Shown: positions 25,386 to 38,558 of the stretch, piece by piece | Layout: each line of letters begins with the position of its first letter | Position numbering within the stretch: the stretch's first letter is position 1 | NCBI RefSeq assembly: GCF_009914755.1 | Contig: NC_060935.1 | Source of the DNA: the human T2T-CHM13v2.0 reference genome, Homo sapiens | DNA: 64,000 nucleotides | Direction: 5' to 3' (one strand) | Program-made: the position numbers and the translations under genes | Notes under the pieces: generated by a model | Told to the model about the DNA's origin: nothing | Databases searched by the model: none | The model's input: only the letters and a program-made list of their open reading frames with translations

Positions 25386-28300
25386 GACTGAGAGATGATA
25401 CTCCCATGGGGGATAAAGCTGATTAGCTTTGGGTTGCCTTACAATGAAATACATGGTAGAAGCAATGCACTGTTTTCTCCCATAGTATCTCCCTCCTTTA
25501 GGGGACCAAAAATCTAGTATAAAATGGCACACTTAATTTTAGGGATCTGCCTTTGCCTTCAGCTGTGCCTACTTATTAGGCCCTAAAAATGCATGCTACC
25601 TGGCCCAGTTCCACCAAAGGCTCCACCCTGAAGCCAGTAATCCAATTAAGAAACTGACAAATGAAAACTCTTACAAGTGCTGAATATTCTGTTTGTGTTG
25701 CTATATATGTGTTGTGTGTAATGTCTACAATAAGAGCTCTAATTAATTGGCTTAAAAAATAGTGCTTAAATCAAATATGTTTTAGTTCATGTGACTTTAA
25801 TTTTTAAGAAATAAAAATAATCTTAAGGATTATTGGTAAAATGCAAGGGTCATCAAAATCCAAATAGGTGGTCTAAATCGTAAAACAGATACTAGGTTTG
25901 CTAAATGTTCAAAGGTTGTATACTTCCTGATTTTCAGATAAGTAAGGCCTGGGACACATGGAGTTAGATGCTAGAAAGAGTCAGATCTTATATGCATTTC
26001 TGCCTGGGTCCTAGGCTCCACGCCTGGTACATAATTAAAATTGCTTACTAACCAGGTTTCTCAACAAATGTAAAAGTTGCTAAGAGTTAACAGTGCAGCA
26101 TGTATTTGAGATCACTGAACAGTTTTAAAGGCAAGGTGTATAAAAACAGTAAAATGTGTTTTTTAGTAAAGGATTATAAGAAACCATAGAAATATAAATA
26201 TTGCCCAGGGATGAGGAATTATCTTAAATTTGATAAGATAAAGCTACAGGTTTAAGCATGTTGTGGAAAGATGGTCTTTTCATAAATTGAGCATTGAAAT
26301 AAAAGCACTGTAAGGCTGTCTTAAGCCACTAATCTGCCCTTTAGCAAAATGGGTTATAAAAAGGGTTTGTAAGGATTTCATCTCATGGTCAAATTGGTTA
26401 AGATTAGATGGAATTTTCTTTAGGGTGGCATTTAATCAAATTGGGGTTAACATTAATAAATTAACGCAAAGGTAAAATTTGGCTTTGAGCAGGATTTTTA
26501 TGTAATAGTAAAGGCTTATGAAAGGTTTTTGCCTTTTGAGTCATCATTTTGGCAAAATAAGTAATTTATGACTATCTGGAATTCTATTTCATAACATCAA
26601 CTGTTTTAAACCTCTAACATTTAACAGACATACCAAAATCAAACTTCAAGTTTCAAAATTGTCTTTCCTGATGCGTGGCTTTCTAGATTGTTCAGGGGGC
26701 CCCTGAAACATTCAGAAAATAGGTGAACAGGATTATTTGACATGTTTAATCACATTGGGATTGCCAAAATGATGTCCAGTCTTAACTTATATTTTTGTGA
26801 ATAATACCAATATATGTTCCAAAATTGTATGGGATTTCTAAAATTCTAATGTCTAAGTATATGCTATCAATCATAATTAATTTTAAAATTATTGTAAACC
26901 ACGGAGATAACTAAACTTCTTTGTCAGTCATGTTTTTAACTGTAACTACCCTGAAAATTTTGTCACTTACAGACAATTGTTATCTTGCTATGTTCCTTCT
27001 CAAAAGATGGGATATAATCAAGCTATAAGACTTTAACAGCTGTTCTCAAATGCAGATTTCCAATAGCTTTGAAGATTGTAACATTGGAAAAAATGTACAG
27101 GACTCATGAAGAACTGAAATGTTTATGAATATCAAGTGAAACAAGAGTTGACTTAAATGGATTGTACTCAGAAAGCTAAAGCAATCTTTTTGACTTTTGC
27201 TTAGAATATTGCTGATCCTTATTTTGTTTTTCAGAGTCAAGGAAACTTATTTTGAACTATGTGCAGCCTTTAATAATTAAGTAAGTTATACTCTTGTGAA
27301 CAAAATTCGGAGCAGGTTTGTTTCTCTGTACCTGGTTCCTCTAGAATTTGGAAACCATCTGTGAGTAACCTTAACTTACGGCAATATAGTTGTTTGCATC
27401 AGTGCCACAAGAAGTCTTCTTTTTTTTTTTTTCAATAAGACACAATTAGAAAAACTGGTTATTTTATCAAAGCTTTGACAGGAAGTGTATGCTTCCCCCT
27501 TTAAAGAGTCAATCTCAGCTTGCAGAGCTGATAAAAGCACCTTGGGGAAGACTGGCCTCATACCTTGTCTACACAGTCCCTGGACAGGTTTCTTAGTCTG
27601 TAGTCAGTAAAGAATGTCACTTTTTAACTTGTCCAGGACCTCCAAGTTTATCTTGGGACCTTAAGTGTAAAGTATTTGGGGATAAAAACCCATTGCTGAA
27701 CTTGGCTTGAAGAGGTATTATCTGAGATTCCTTATGGAACAGAGTTCCATCAAAGCCAACCCAAAAGGCCTATGTAGGGATAATTATTCTTGCTGCACTT
27801 TATGCAAATATTCACGCCAAGTATAAGGCTAAAGTTTATTCTACAAAGAACACAGTCCTATCATAATTTGTTTTTACCAAAAATGAGCAATGGAGAGAGA
27901 AATTGTGCTCCAAAGCTTATCATACATTTGTCATTAAATCCTAGTCACAATAATTGTTTTTAAGCTTTTTACCTACATTTTAGACTAACCCTGCTTATTT
28001 CTGTGAATCAAGTGGTGATCTCCTGCAGCTTGGAAGAAACAAAGAGAGATGGGTAATGTGAAAATCTGGATAAATATGCTAGTTCTGGGCAATTATTCTG
28101 CAAATTCTGCCAGGTAATGAAAGTGAGTAGGGTGCCCATAACCCAGAGGTTTATTTGTTTGGGAAAATAAAGCCAAGAAACTTCATAGACTCCCCAAAGG
28201 GAAATTCTGTATCTTGGCAGGTAAAACTTTAGATGAAAATTATCTACTACACCACACTTGCAGAAATTGCTATACTCCCTCTACTATTCACAGTAGGGCT

Positions 28301-28549
28301 ATACACAGTAGCACCTTCTAACTGGAATATCAGACAGAGAGTTTCCACTGCTGTAGTATTTTGCTTAATTATTATCCTTACAGGAGGGATAATAGTCACC
28401 AAAAAAAAAAAAAGAAAAGAAAAAAGAAGTATGAAAGTTTTACTATCACTGAATCTGCTAGAACTTCTTATTGGGTTTGGTAATGTCACACCCTGGCTAT
28501 ATACAAAGGTTATAAAGGAAAAAATATTTTACATAAGAAAGGATCTTGT

Positions 28550-28765
28550 ATGATAAATACTTCTCCTAAAGAGAACAGTTGGTTGTTTAAAAGAGGGATG
28601 TTTAGGAGAAGTCAGAAGATTTGAGCATGTTATAGATGGTTGTGGAAGTCATGAAAAGATTACAAGGATGGTAAATACCTGTCCTAAAAAGAATAGTTGG
28701 TCGTTTAAAAAGAAGGATGTTAGGACAAGTTTAAGCACGTCTTAGATGGTCTGTTGAAGTAATGA
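28550..28765 (+). repeat. Diverged tandem duplication, ~118-bp period
   Basis: atgataaatacttctcctaaagagaacagttgg at 28550 versus atggtaaatacctgtcctaaaaagaatagttgg at 28668. Confidence 0.85.
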
Positions 28766-28932
28766 GGGAATTAATACTTACAGGAAAGATTTAGCCAAGG
28801 TTAACACTAAAGTTACTCTAGCTACCCAAATCCAATACCACTTATTCAAAAAAGAATGTTACTTGTATATTAATATTTCAGCAGCACCTGGTGGAGGAAA
28901 ACCAGTATCACAACCCATTGGAATGACTGACA

Positions 28933-29007
28933 GCAATTAAACTCCAAATGGAGCTTTAGACTGAACAACACATGGATGCATCTTTCTTCCAGGAACCCTT
29001 AGATCGA
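28933..29007 (+). pseudogene. env: env cytoplasmic-tail remnant
   Basis: Translates AIKLQMEL*TEQHMDASFFQEPLDR, similar to the KLQM...PLDR tail of HERV-W-group Env, just before the PPT. Confidence 0.7.
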
Positions 29008-29934
29008 ACCAAGAGGAGCCCTAGCTGCTGTTCCCCACATGACGTCCCTTTTCAGCAGGAAGTAGCCAGAAAGAGTCATCATCCAACACCCCTTAACTGC
29101 AGTTAGGGTTACCACTCCAGAGAGGGGAATGATAGAGGAGTTAAGAAGAAATCACTTAGGCAGATAGCAAGGGTGTAACAGTCTTTGGTAATGCTTTTCT
29201 TTTTAATGAAACACAGCCCCAAATCATTTACTAACAAAGAGTAGCCTGTAAAGTTGACCTGCAGACATAGACAAGCAAGCTGGGAGTTTGCATAGGTGAA
29301 TGCTGGCAGAAACTAAGCACTAGACATTTTCAAGATGGTGGCTCCATCTTCTCTTCTCTGTTAGCTATGTGTACTCTAAGGAGCAGACAAGATGGTGCTG
29401 ATCAACTGGACAGCCCATTTGCATAATAACATTAGGGTGGGGAGACCAGACTTCCCTGTGCATTATGTAAACATCATACATGATCGAACCAATCTATAAG
29501 CCCTGTGTAAATCAGACACTGCCACCTCAAACTGGACTACAAAATTTGGTGCATTTGCTGTCAGCCAGTCCCTTCTGCTCAGAAACCCCTTTCTCTATAA
29601 AGAAAGCTGTTTATCTTTCTCTTCTCTTCTGCCTATTAAACCTCAGCTCCTGTACTGCTTGTGTTTGTCCGTGTCCTAAATTTTCCTGGCGATTGACAAC
29701 AAACCCTGGGTTTATACCACAGACAATGTAGCTGCTTCATCTTGAGGTCTGCCTATGGCACTAAGGTACTTTCTCTTTGTTCCCACCACTGCAATTTTCT
29801 AACCTGTGTTCTAGTGCCTCCCAGGCACTAATCTTCAGAATTTCAGAACTTTTTTCTGGCTGTGTGCTTGAACTTGGAACTTAATGGCAGAATCGGTTTT
29901 ATCTTCACTGCTTGTTTGTTCCTATTCCTGTTTG

Positions 29935-30286
29935 GTTCTCCTCAAAAAATCATATGTTAAAATCCTATCCCCAAAGTGAGAGTATTAAGAAACGGGGATT
30001 TGGGGACAATATTAGGTAATGAAGACAGAATCCTTATGAATGAATTAGTACCCTCATAAAAACAGAAATGAAAGAACACATTTTTTCTCTCTCTGCTCTC
30101 CCCAACATGAGAATACAATGTGAAGATTGTCATCAACAAACCAGGAAGTGAAGCCTTTCCAAACAACAGATTTGCTGCCACCTTGATCTTGGACTTCCCA
30201 GCCTCCAGCCTGTGAGAAAAAATAATATCTGTTTTTGAAGCCACCTGGTGCTATTTTTGTTATAGTAGCCTGAACTGACTAAGAGA
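29935..30286 (+). mobile_element. MaLR solo LTR (MLT1A/MST-like)
   Basis: tcatatgttaaaatcctatcccc...ccaccttgatcttggacttcccagcctccag...gactaag. Confidence 0.8.
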
Positions 30287-31059
30287 GTAGACAACAGTGG
30301 TAACTCTGGATTAAAATATACATATTACTGGAATTAAGTTAGTGTAAATTTGAAGCAGACTGATAAATTGAGATATATATTGTAAACCCTATTGAAACAA
30401 TTAAGAAAATAACTAAAAAAGTAAACTAATTAAAAAAAGACTGAGCTGATTTTTCATTGTAGAATTCAATTGTTTTGGATGGGGGAAAGTGATTTGTAAC
30501 ACATAATTAAATAATTACAATCTTTTTGAAATAGTTTCCTCATCAGTAAAGTGGAGGTAACCCTACATCCTAGTTAGGCTATAAAGAATGATGAATATAA
30601 GTTTGGCAGTAGACAAGTTGGAATTTTTAACCTCAACTTGTAGCTTTGTGACTTCAAGTGCATCACTAAACCTTAGGCTGTCTCTTTAACTGTAAAGAGG
30701 GAACAATAACCATGATCATATCTTAAACCATTATAATTGAATAATATAGTAAAAATTTTGCACAATCAACGATGAGTATTAACTATCATAATTGGATTGT
30801 GAAAATATTTATAAACTCTGAAGAATTTATTACTATTGGTATTCATTATTTTTCCCCACAAGCTAATCTGATTATTTGTAAAGGCAAAAATGGAAAAAAA
30901 CAAGTCCACCATATAATTATCACTTGGTTTCTTAACATCTATGCTACTTTTAAACAATAATGTCAATATGTGAACTATTTTAAATTGGTTTTTCTATGAA
31001 AACATTTGCTGCTTATTGACATACACTGTGCAATAATATGCCTGTCACATCTATTATAG

Positions 31060-31300
31060 AATTAAGGTCTGTGTGATCAAATGTAATTCAACAAATGTTT
31101 ATTGCACCTTCTAAGTGTTAGTCACTATGTTAGGTGCTTGTGATGTAGAAGTTTAAAAACGTATGTTTACTAGTAAAAAACATTAGTTTTTATAATATTT
31201 TAGAAGAAACAGCACTAGAATTGAGAAAAGTAACATTAGGATGAAATTAGAATTTTGAAGGAGGTTCTCCAGGCAAAGAAATGGACAAGGCATTTCAAAT
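31060..31300 (-). mobile_element. L2 3' end relic
   Basis: attcaacaaatgtttattgcaccttctaagtgttagtcactatgttaggtgct. Confidence 0.6.
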
Positions 31301-31699
31301 TGTATTATTAACTGCCTATTAGAGAGAAGGTAATATGTATTGAAAGTTTTGCAACAAACATATCACTTACACAATAACTACTCCATTTCATAGATGAATT
31401 TAATGAATTTGATGAGGTAACTACATCTAGTAGAGGGTAGGCCAAGGCTCAAATCTAAGCTTGCCTGTTTCCAACACTTGTGCATCTAATCACTGACATA
31501 CATAAATAAGGCAATTATCAGAGAAGCATTTCAAACTTTCCTGAACATTCCAAAAGGGAAAGGCATCGTATCATAAATAAGAAGATAACAACAAAGATTT
31601 CCAAAGGAAGATATGTAGAAAGGGATACGAAAAAAAGGAGGAAATAAAACAATAGCAAGTATCAAAAACAAGAGTTGAGATGGGGCAGAGTGGGAAATG

Positions 31700-32196
31700 A
31701 GAGTATTTTAGGGTTCAACAGAGAATCAGAAGCAATAGGAGAATCTATTATCTATCTGTCTATCTATTAATATAGAGAGGTTTATTTATTGTAAGGCATT
31801 TGCTTACACAATTATGGAAGCAAAAAAATCCCATAATCTGCAAGCTTGAGACTGAAGAAGACCAGTGGTGCAGTTCTGAGGACCAGAGGGCCAATGATGT
31901 GAGTCCTAGTCTGAGAAAATAGAAAGAATGGTGTCCCAAATCAAACAGAGAGAGTGAATCCTCCCTTCCTATCTTTTGTTCTATTGGACATCATAAAAGA
32001 TTAGATGATGGCCACATACATTGGGAAAGTCAGTCTGCTTTTCTTAGACTACTGATTCAACTGTTTCTGGAGATTAGCCTGATTCTTAGACTAATCTCCA
32101 GAAACAACCTCAGAGATATAACCAAAAACAATATTCAGCCAAATGTCTGAGCACCCTGCAATCCAGTCAAGTTGACACATAAAATTAACCATCATA
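31700..32196 (-). mobile_element. MLT2 (ERVL) solo LTR
   Basis: Ends ccagtcaagttgacacataaaattaaccatca, the reverse complement of the MLT2 start; agggttc...agaga at the other end. Confidence 0.85.
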
Positions 32197-32790
32197 AAGT
32201 GCAAAATTTGTTAAATGTCTGAGCTTGCAGATCCTTTTAGGGCAACATCACAGACCCTGAACTCCAGGACAAAATACCCTAATCAAACGAACTGCCCAAC
32301 TAGTGTTCTGAAACACAGGATGAATCATCAGTTCAATCATGGATGGCTAAACCTAAAAAATTATTCCTTAATAATAACCGTATGTCTGGAAGAAATCAAC
32401 CTTCTAAAAAAGACAAAGTTGAGGAACTGCAAAAGGAAATTCAAACTCCTCTGAAACTCTTAACAGGCAAGAAAAAATAGGCAGTTGGATAAACTGACAT
32501 TCACCAAACTTAAAATTTTGATATAAATATTCATAGGGTTCATCCCTTTTCTTCTGTCTAGCACTACTAGCTAGAAGTCAGAATTTATAAAGGACAGCCC
32601 AATATTTCCCCTCCTGGGCCCACAGCAGACACAAAAAATTCATAATGAAACGTTTTTTCTTTAATTTGCAAAAAGTCTATTATTCCTTCTTAATACCATG
32701 TTTTGGGCAACTACTCTTAATCAGGTAAGATGCATGAAATAAATTTGCTTGCAATACTGTTGCTGGGTGAACATCAGCAAGTTACTGATG

Positions 32791-33000
32791 GTAGTCGTTC
32801 TCTGCAGGATCATTTTTGCCTCCTGAGGGACATTTGGTAATTGGGGACATTTTTTACTGTCTTAGCTGAAAGAGGTGCTGCTGACATCTAGTAGGTTGAG
32901 GTCAGAGATGATGTCAAACATTCTACAATGCATAGGAAAGACCACCTGAAAATATATGTATATTCAGTTCAAACTGTCAATACTGCTAAGGTTGAGGGCC
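32791..33000. mobile_element. MER20-like hAT-Charlie MITE
   Basis: ggacatttggtaat...gacatctagtaggttgaggtcagagatg...caatgcatagga...tgtcaatactgctaaggttgag. Confidence 0.8.
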
Positions 33001-33191
33001 TTTAGAGTTAGCCTGAACTCACAAAATTTTCCGATAAAAGGCACTTTCCTTTCCCTTCCACCTTATAAGCTTTAATTCATCCTTAAAAGGTTTTGGTGAA
33101 GATAATTTTCTTTGTAAAGGAGAAAACATGTAAGCTTTGGAACCAGGAAAGGATGATTGTGCATCACTACTTACTAGCCCCATGTTTGACC

Positions 33192-33683
33192 AACTTTGTT
33201 TCCTTGGGCGCTATAACAAAATACAATAAAACAGGTGCCTTAGAACAACAGAAATACTGTCTCACAGTTCTGGAGGCTAGAAGAACAAGTTGCAGGACCA
33301 TGCTCCCTCTAAAACTTGTAGGGAAATTCTTCCTTGCCTCTTTCCAGCTTCTGAGGGTTTGACAGCAATCTTTGGTGTTCCTTGGCCTATGGATGCATCA
33401 CTCCAATCCTCCATCTTCACATGACCTTCTCTCTGTGTATGTCTGTCTCTGTATCCAAATTTCCCTCTTTTGTAAGGAAACCAGTTATATTGAATAAGGG
33501 CCCACACTAGTAATGTTTAACTCGATTAATAATAATAATTAATAATAATGTTTAACTCAGAATATGTTTAACTTGATTGACTCTGTAAAGGCCCTATTAA
33601 AAATAAGGTCACATTCTGTAGTAATGGGCATTTGGACTTTCACATCCCTTTTTTGGAGGCGGGAACATAATTCAACCAAAACA
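33192..33683 (-). mobile_element. MLT1C-like solo LTR inserted in a MIR
   Basis: ctcacagttctggaggctagaag...tccttgcctctttccagcttctg...aaataaggtcacattctg...ataattcaaccaaaaca; MIR core resumes at ~33690. Confidence 0.85.
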
Positions 33684-35467
33684 CCAGTTTGCTTAATTTC
33701 CCAAAACTTCAGTTTCCTTATATGAAAAATGCAAATAATACTGACTGTCTGTAGCATTAATTGAAAGATTAAAATAAATGGACTAAGAAATAAACTATGG
33801 AAAACCAACTAGTATAGCAGCTGCTGTATCACAGGTGCTCAAATATATATACGGTCACCCTGTTATCCAGTCATATGTGTCATATATACACACACACACA
33901 CACATAAACACACAGATTTGTGTATGTGTATGTATAAAACTTTCCCTTTTCTCCCAGGTATTTATGTCTCTTTGGTGTTCACACAAAACATGATGTATTT
34001 TTCTTTTCATTCGTTACATTATATTTGAACTATATATCTATTTATCTATCTGGCTTGCTACTACTTTGATATTAGAAACTGTTGCAGTAATTTTTAGATT
34101 GATACCTAACTTTGTTTACTAATTAATAATTTACTTATCAAGTAAAGGACTAAATGGAAAAATGGATGGATGAACATGACTACAGCTTACCAAAAATGCC
34201 CTTTATACCTGAATTTCTCTTAGTGGGTCAGAGTTTAGGTGGTATTCGAACGAATCAAAGGGATATACGTATTTTGCTTTTGGTATGTGTTTGTGTACAT
34301 TCTCATTATTGTTACTTGTCAGTTTCCTAGGTTTCCGATTGTGATCTTTAGATTTTTTTGACTAGCCTACAAACTTAGATTTTTAAAATCCTAATGACAT
34401 CTACAGCAGTTTCCCAGGAGCTTTCTTTCAGAATATCTGCCAAAATAATTTATTGCTGTCTTAGGTTATTTCATCTTGAGCAACATGAACATTCCATCAA
34501 GCAGAGGGTATAGGGAGAAGTCTCATCAGTAAATAAGCTGGCTAAAATTTAGACGTCCATCAATCTCTGTTAAATTTTATCTCATATACCCTGAGATAGG
34601 AGAGTAATATAACCATTTTAAAATAAAACTTATTTCTTGCCCATTTACTGTATTTGGAAGAAAAAAATAGTGGATAATTAGGAAGTGGATAATTCTGGAA
34701 GAAAATAATTAGTAGACTTACTAATTATTTATGAGGGAAAGAACTGAGAACAGTAATTTTAAAATATATCCATGTTCTTGAATATTTCCACCCTTAAGTA
34801 ACTACAGAGGAAATGGACTGATTTACCACCAAAGATTACTTTATAATAATAACCTACAGTTTGAAATTTAAGCTCCATTTAGGAGCCAGAACCAATTATT
34901 TATAATACTAGAATGGCCTGAAATAATCTTGTATTATCCTGAAAAAAAAATCTGAAGTGGGAATAAGCCCACACCTCATTTATGTGTGTAAAACAATCTC
35001 AGCTTTACATCTTTTAAGAAAAGTCTGAATAACTGCCTTATTTCCACATTTCTTTGTATAAATAAGGCAGTGCAAAAGCTTTGTCAGCTGATTAAATTTA
35101 TATGCAATTTTGGTAAGACATTGTTTTCTAGTTCCACAATATATTTTTGTCCAGTCCACCGAAATTTGAGTTTGATTCACTCACAAAGCTGATCCTCCCA
35201 ACTTCATTTAATAAAATGTAAGAAGACTTTAAAAGATATATTAGGAATAACTAGTTAGATATGGAGACCGTCTCATATTAATTATTTATTTTATGAGTGT
35301 CTGCTAAATATATAAACAACTCTGCTGGTAATTATTTATGGGTACCCAGGTGGCATAAAAAATGAAGCAGAGACAGAAAATTAGATGTAGCTTCTACCGT
35401 AGATTGATAAAAACCATAAATGCAGAACTACACAGACTAGAGTGGATAGTATTAAAAACTATATGTA

Positions 35468-35670
35468 TAGTGATGTACTGGTAAATGTATAACAACCTGG
35501 TTTCTGAGGAAGAAAAAATCTCTGCTTTCTAACATTAGTTGATTTCCATGGCACAAGCACTCCTATCATGACCAGTTTCAAGCCACAAATGTGAAATCAC
35601 TGAACACAGATTTGGGAAGAGATGGACACAACTCTTGAAAGTCAGTGTGACAAACTGAAACACAGCACTG
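35468..35670. mobile_element. MER63-like hAT MITE
   Basis: Termini (t)agtgatgtactggtaaatgtataacaacc ... cacagcactg. Confidence 0.7.
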
Positions 35671-36494
35671 CTTACATATAGATATATAAAGTGGATGACT
35701 ATTTTAACAGATACAAAAGCAAAGAATCTATGTGAATTTTTAACTAAAACTGAAAATATTATATACCTAAAAGCATGTTGGTTAAAATGATCATTTTGAA
35801 TATCTAAATCTACACAGTCATAATTATACTGATGCTATTAAAACATGGTATAATGGCCTTCTGTATGGAACTCATATTAATTGTAATAAATATTCAATTA
35901 TATAAAATTTTAGAGATCATCTACTGTATATTAGACATTGTGCTATGAACAGGAGTTACACAGATGGCTAGGACTTAGTTTCTATTTTTAAATTATAAAA
36001 AGGGCCACCAAATGGATAATTCCAGTAGATAAAATAATAAATACTAAGATAGAGGTAAGCATCTGTCCCACAGTACAGAGAAGAGCCATTTAGCCCAGTC
36101 TTGTTTGGGATGGTTTTCTGGGAAAATGATGTTGTCAAAACCACCTTATGAAATGCAGGCTCTGTCACTTTACAGTTATTCCTAGTATTGCCAACTACAA
36201 CTTCGATCCCATATTTGAAGTGATCTCTGTAAATTTTGTTAAAGGTAAAGCAGGTCCATGATTTTGTGGGGATAGTAAACATAGGCTTAAAATAAGACAG
36301 AACTTTTAGGCCAGTTATCAGATCTTTAATGGAACTTAAACATATTACCTGACGTGGACAGGTAGGGAGAGCCCTAGAGGAATGCTGATGGATTGGGTAA
36401 CTTGTGAGATCCGTGTGTGAGCTTAGTCAAGTCATTTTCTGGTATGTCGGTTTCCTTATCAATGGAAAAATAATGGTTTGGGGTGGATAATAAT

Positions 36495-36720
36495 AATAAA
36501 ATCATAGCTAATATCTATTGATTGACTTTGATGTTGTTATATCCCTTGACATACATTAATTCACTTAGTTCTCACAACAATCCTATAAAGTTGATATCCT
36601 TCTTTCTCTTTTTATATTAGATAAATCTGAGATAATTGTAAGCTATATACAATTTCAATGTTAGGAAAGACCTGAGGTAGAATTCCAACCTAGTTCTTTC
36701 TGACTCTAATCTCTTAGACA
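36495..36720 (-). mobile_element. MIR
   Basis: atagctaatatctattga...ttctcacaacaatcctat...agaattccaacctag. Confidence 0.65.
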
Positions 36721-37469
36721 TTCCCTGAAGTCGTTTCCAGCCTTCATGTTCTTTGACCCCAGAAGTATCTTGGAATGTTTCCCTAATTGCTGTGATGGCA
36801 ACACAGCAGAGCTAGGGAAATCAAAGACCTAGGCTATGCCCCTTCATGTTTGTGCATTATGGTGAATGAGCTCTGAAAGTGCCAGGGAATTTTGCCACCA
36901 AGTCTTCACATTAACTTTTCAGCAATATTCCTCAGTTTAGGAGGGAGGCCTATCCACTCCTTGTCCTTTGAAAAGTGATCATTTGCTTGATTGCTCTCAA
37001 CAGAAGTCTTCCCATAGCCTCTGATATTTTCTTTTCATTTCTTCTGAGTTGTTTATTTTTAATTACTTAACATTTTTGACGATACCTTTTCCGAATGCAT
37101 CTCAAACTTAGGGCTAAAAAGCCAAATGCTTCAACTTTGTTTTCCCATCTCTTAGGCAAACAGCCAAAATAAGTTCCATAGTTGAGCGAGGTTTTTCCAT
37201 AACTCTGGAATTATACAAGTAGTTCCCATTTCAGGGCGTGGTTGCCATCCTTTTCTACATTTCTTAGCATGGCTAAATTCTCTTTATTCTTTATGGTTTA
37301 GACGATCCCCTGAGAAGGTCCCAAAATGCCGTGTGTTAACTTTATATGCTGCTTTTCTCTTTCTGGCTTAGGCTGCAGACTGCCTAAGGGCAGAGAAAAG
37401 TTTTTTTGTTTTTTTTTTGTTTGTTTGTTTTTTTAATGAGTTTATCTTTTGAACCTGATGCAATGCCAG

Positions 37470-37720
37470 TATAACTTAGGGTGGAAGAACTTGGGATCTG
37501 TAGTTAGGATGTCTAGGTTTAAATCTTACCTTTGCTACTTAATAGTCATGTGGACTTGGGAACATTTAAAAATTTCCCCCAGACTCACATTCTATCTGGG
37601 AAGAGAAGATCCAACAACTTACTTCAAAAGGCTTTTGTGAGGATTAAGTGGTCCATGTAAAGCACTTGGCATGGTATCTAGCACATACTGAGTATTCAAA
37701 AACCATTATATTGTTATTAG
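37470..37720 (+). mobile_element. MIR
   Basis: ttgtgaggattaagt...tgtaaagcacttggcatggtatctagcacata. Confidence 0.7.
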
Positions 37721-37759
37721 GTACTCAAATGTTAAATGAAGAGTAAGAAAATGAATGTA

Positions 37760-38202
37760 CTTATTCATTCAGAAAATATTTATTGGTGCTAGACCCATTT
37801 CTAAGACCTGGAAGGGTAGCAGAGAGCACATCCAAGTTGCTCCCTGGTTTTTCTAGAGCTTACATTCTCTCAAAGGGAGAAAGACACCAAACAGAAAAAT
37901 AAATATGCGTGAAAATAAAGCAGAGAGGCCGGGTGCAGTAGTTCACGCCTGTAATCTCAGCACTTTGGGAGGCCGAAGCAGGCGGATCATGAGGTCTGGA
38001 TTTCCAGGCCAGCCTGGCCAATGTGAAACCCTGTCTCTACTAAAAATACAAAAATTAGCCAGGCATGGTGGTATGCGCCTGTGGTACCAGCTACTAGGGA
38101 GGTTGAGGCAGAAGAATCGCTTGAATCCAGGAGGCGGAGGTTGCAGTTAGCCGAGATCGTGCCACTGCACTCCAGCCTGGGCGACAGACCAAGACTCCAT
38201 CT

Positions 38203-38234
<32 letters not shown>

Positions 38235-38520
38235 CAAAGAAAAGGAAAGAAAAGAAAGCAGAGTAAGAGGACAAGCAACAGCAGGGGAAATGTTACTTTA
38301 GATAAGGTAGCCAGAGATAGACTCCTGTTTATGATAATATTTATTCGTGCACCTGAGTGAAAAGAGGGATAGATCTGTAATTCTGTGGGTTGGGGCAGGG
38401 GCGAAGCAAATGCGAAGGCCCTGAGGCTAGAGGGTTTCTGTCATCATCAAAGAAAAGCAAGAGAAAGGACTGATTTGGTAGAAGAGGAGATATGAGAGGA
38501 TGTTTAAGAGGGAGAATGTT
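37760..38520 (-). mobile_element. L2 3' region split by an Alu
   Basis: attcattcagaaaatatttattgg...gagcttacattct...gcaaatgcgaaggccctgagg. Confidence 0.65.
37927..38248 (+). mobile_element. AluS (Sg-like) with 30-nt A run
   Basis: Full dimer; TSD gaaaa(t/g)aaagcagag at 37911-37925 and 38249-38263. Confidence 0.93.
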
Positions 38521-38558
38521 AGGAGAAGAGGGTGAGCATCAAAGTGTGACACATTTTT

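Larger units (their letters stand above)
20930..29739 (+). mobile_element. ERV1 provirus, LTR9/HUERS-P3-like, non-autonomous (gag relic, no recognisable pol, env collapsed); 5'LTR 20930-21536, 3'LTR 29130-29739
   Basis: Two homologous ~610-bp LTRs, 4-bp TSD tctt (20926-20929 and 29740-29743), PBS-Pro, PPT ccagagaggggaa at 29117-29129. Confidence 0.92.

Noticed and set aside
33511-33580. CRISPR-like repeat-spacer array
   Set aside because: Eukaryotic context, 10-bp repeats, low-complexity spacers, no cas genes.
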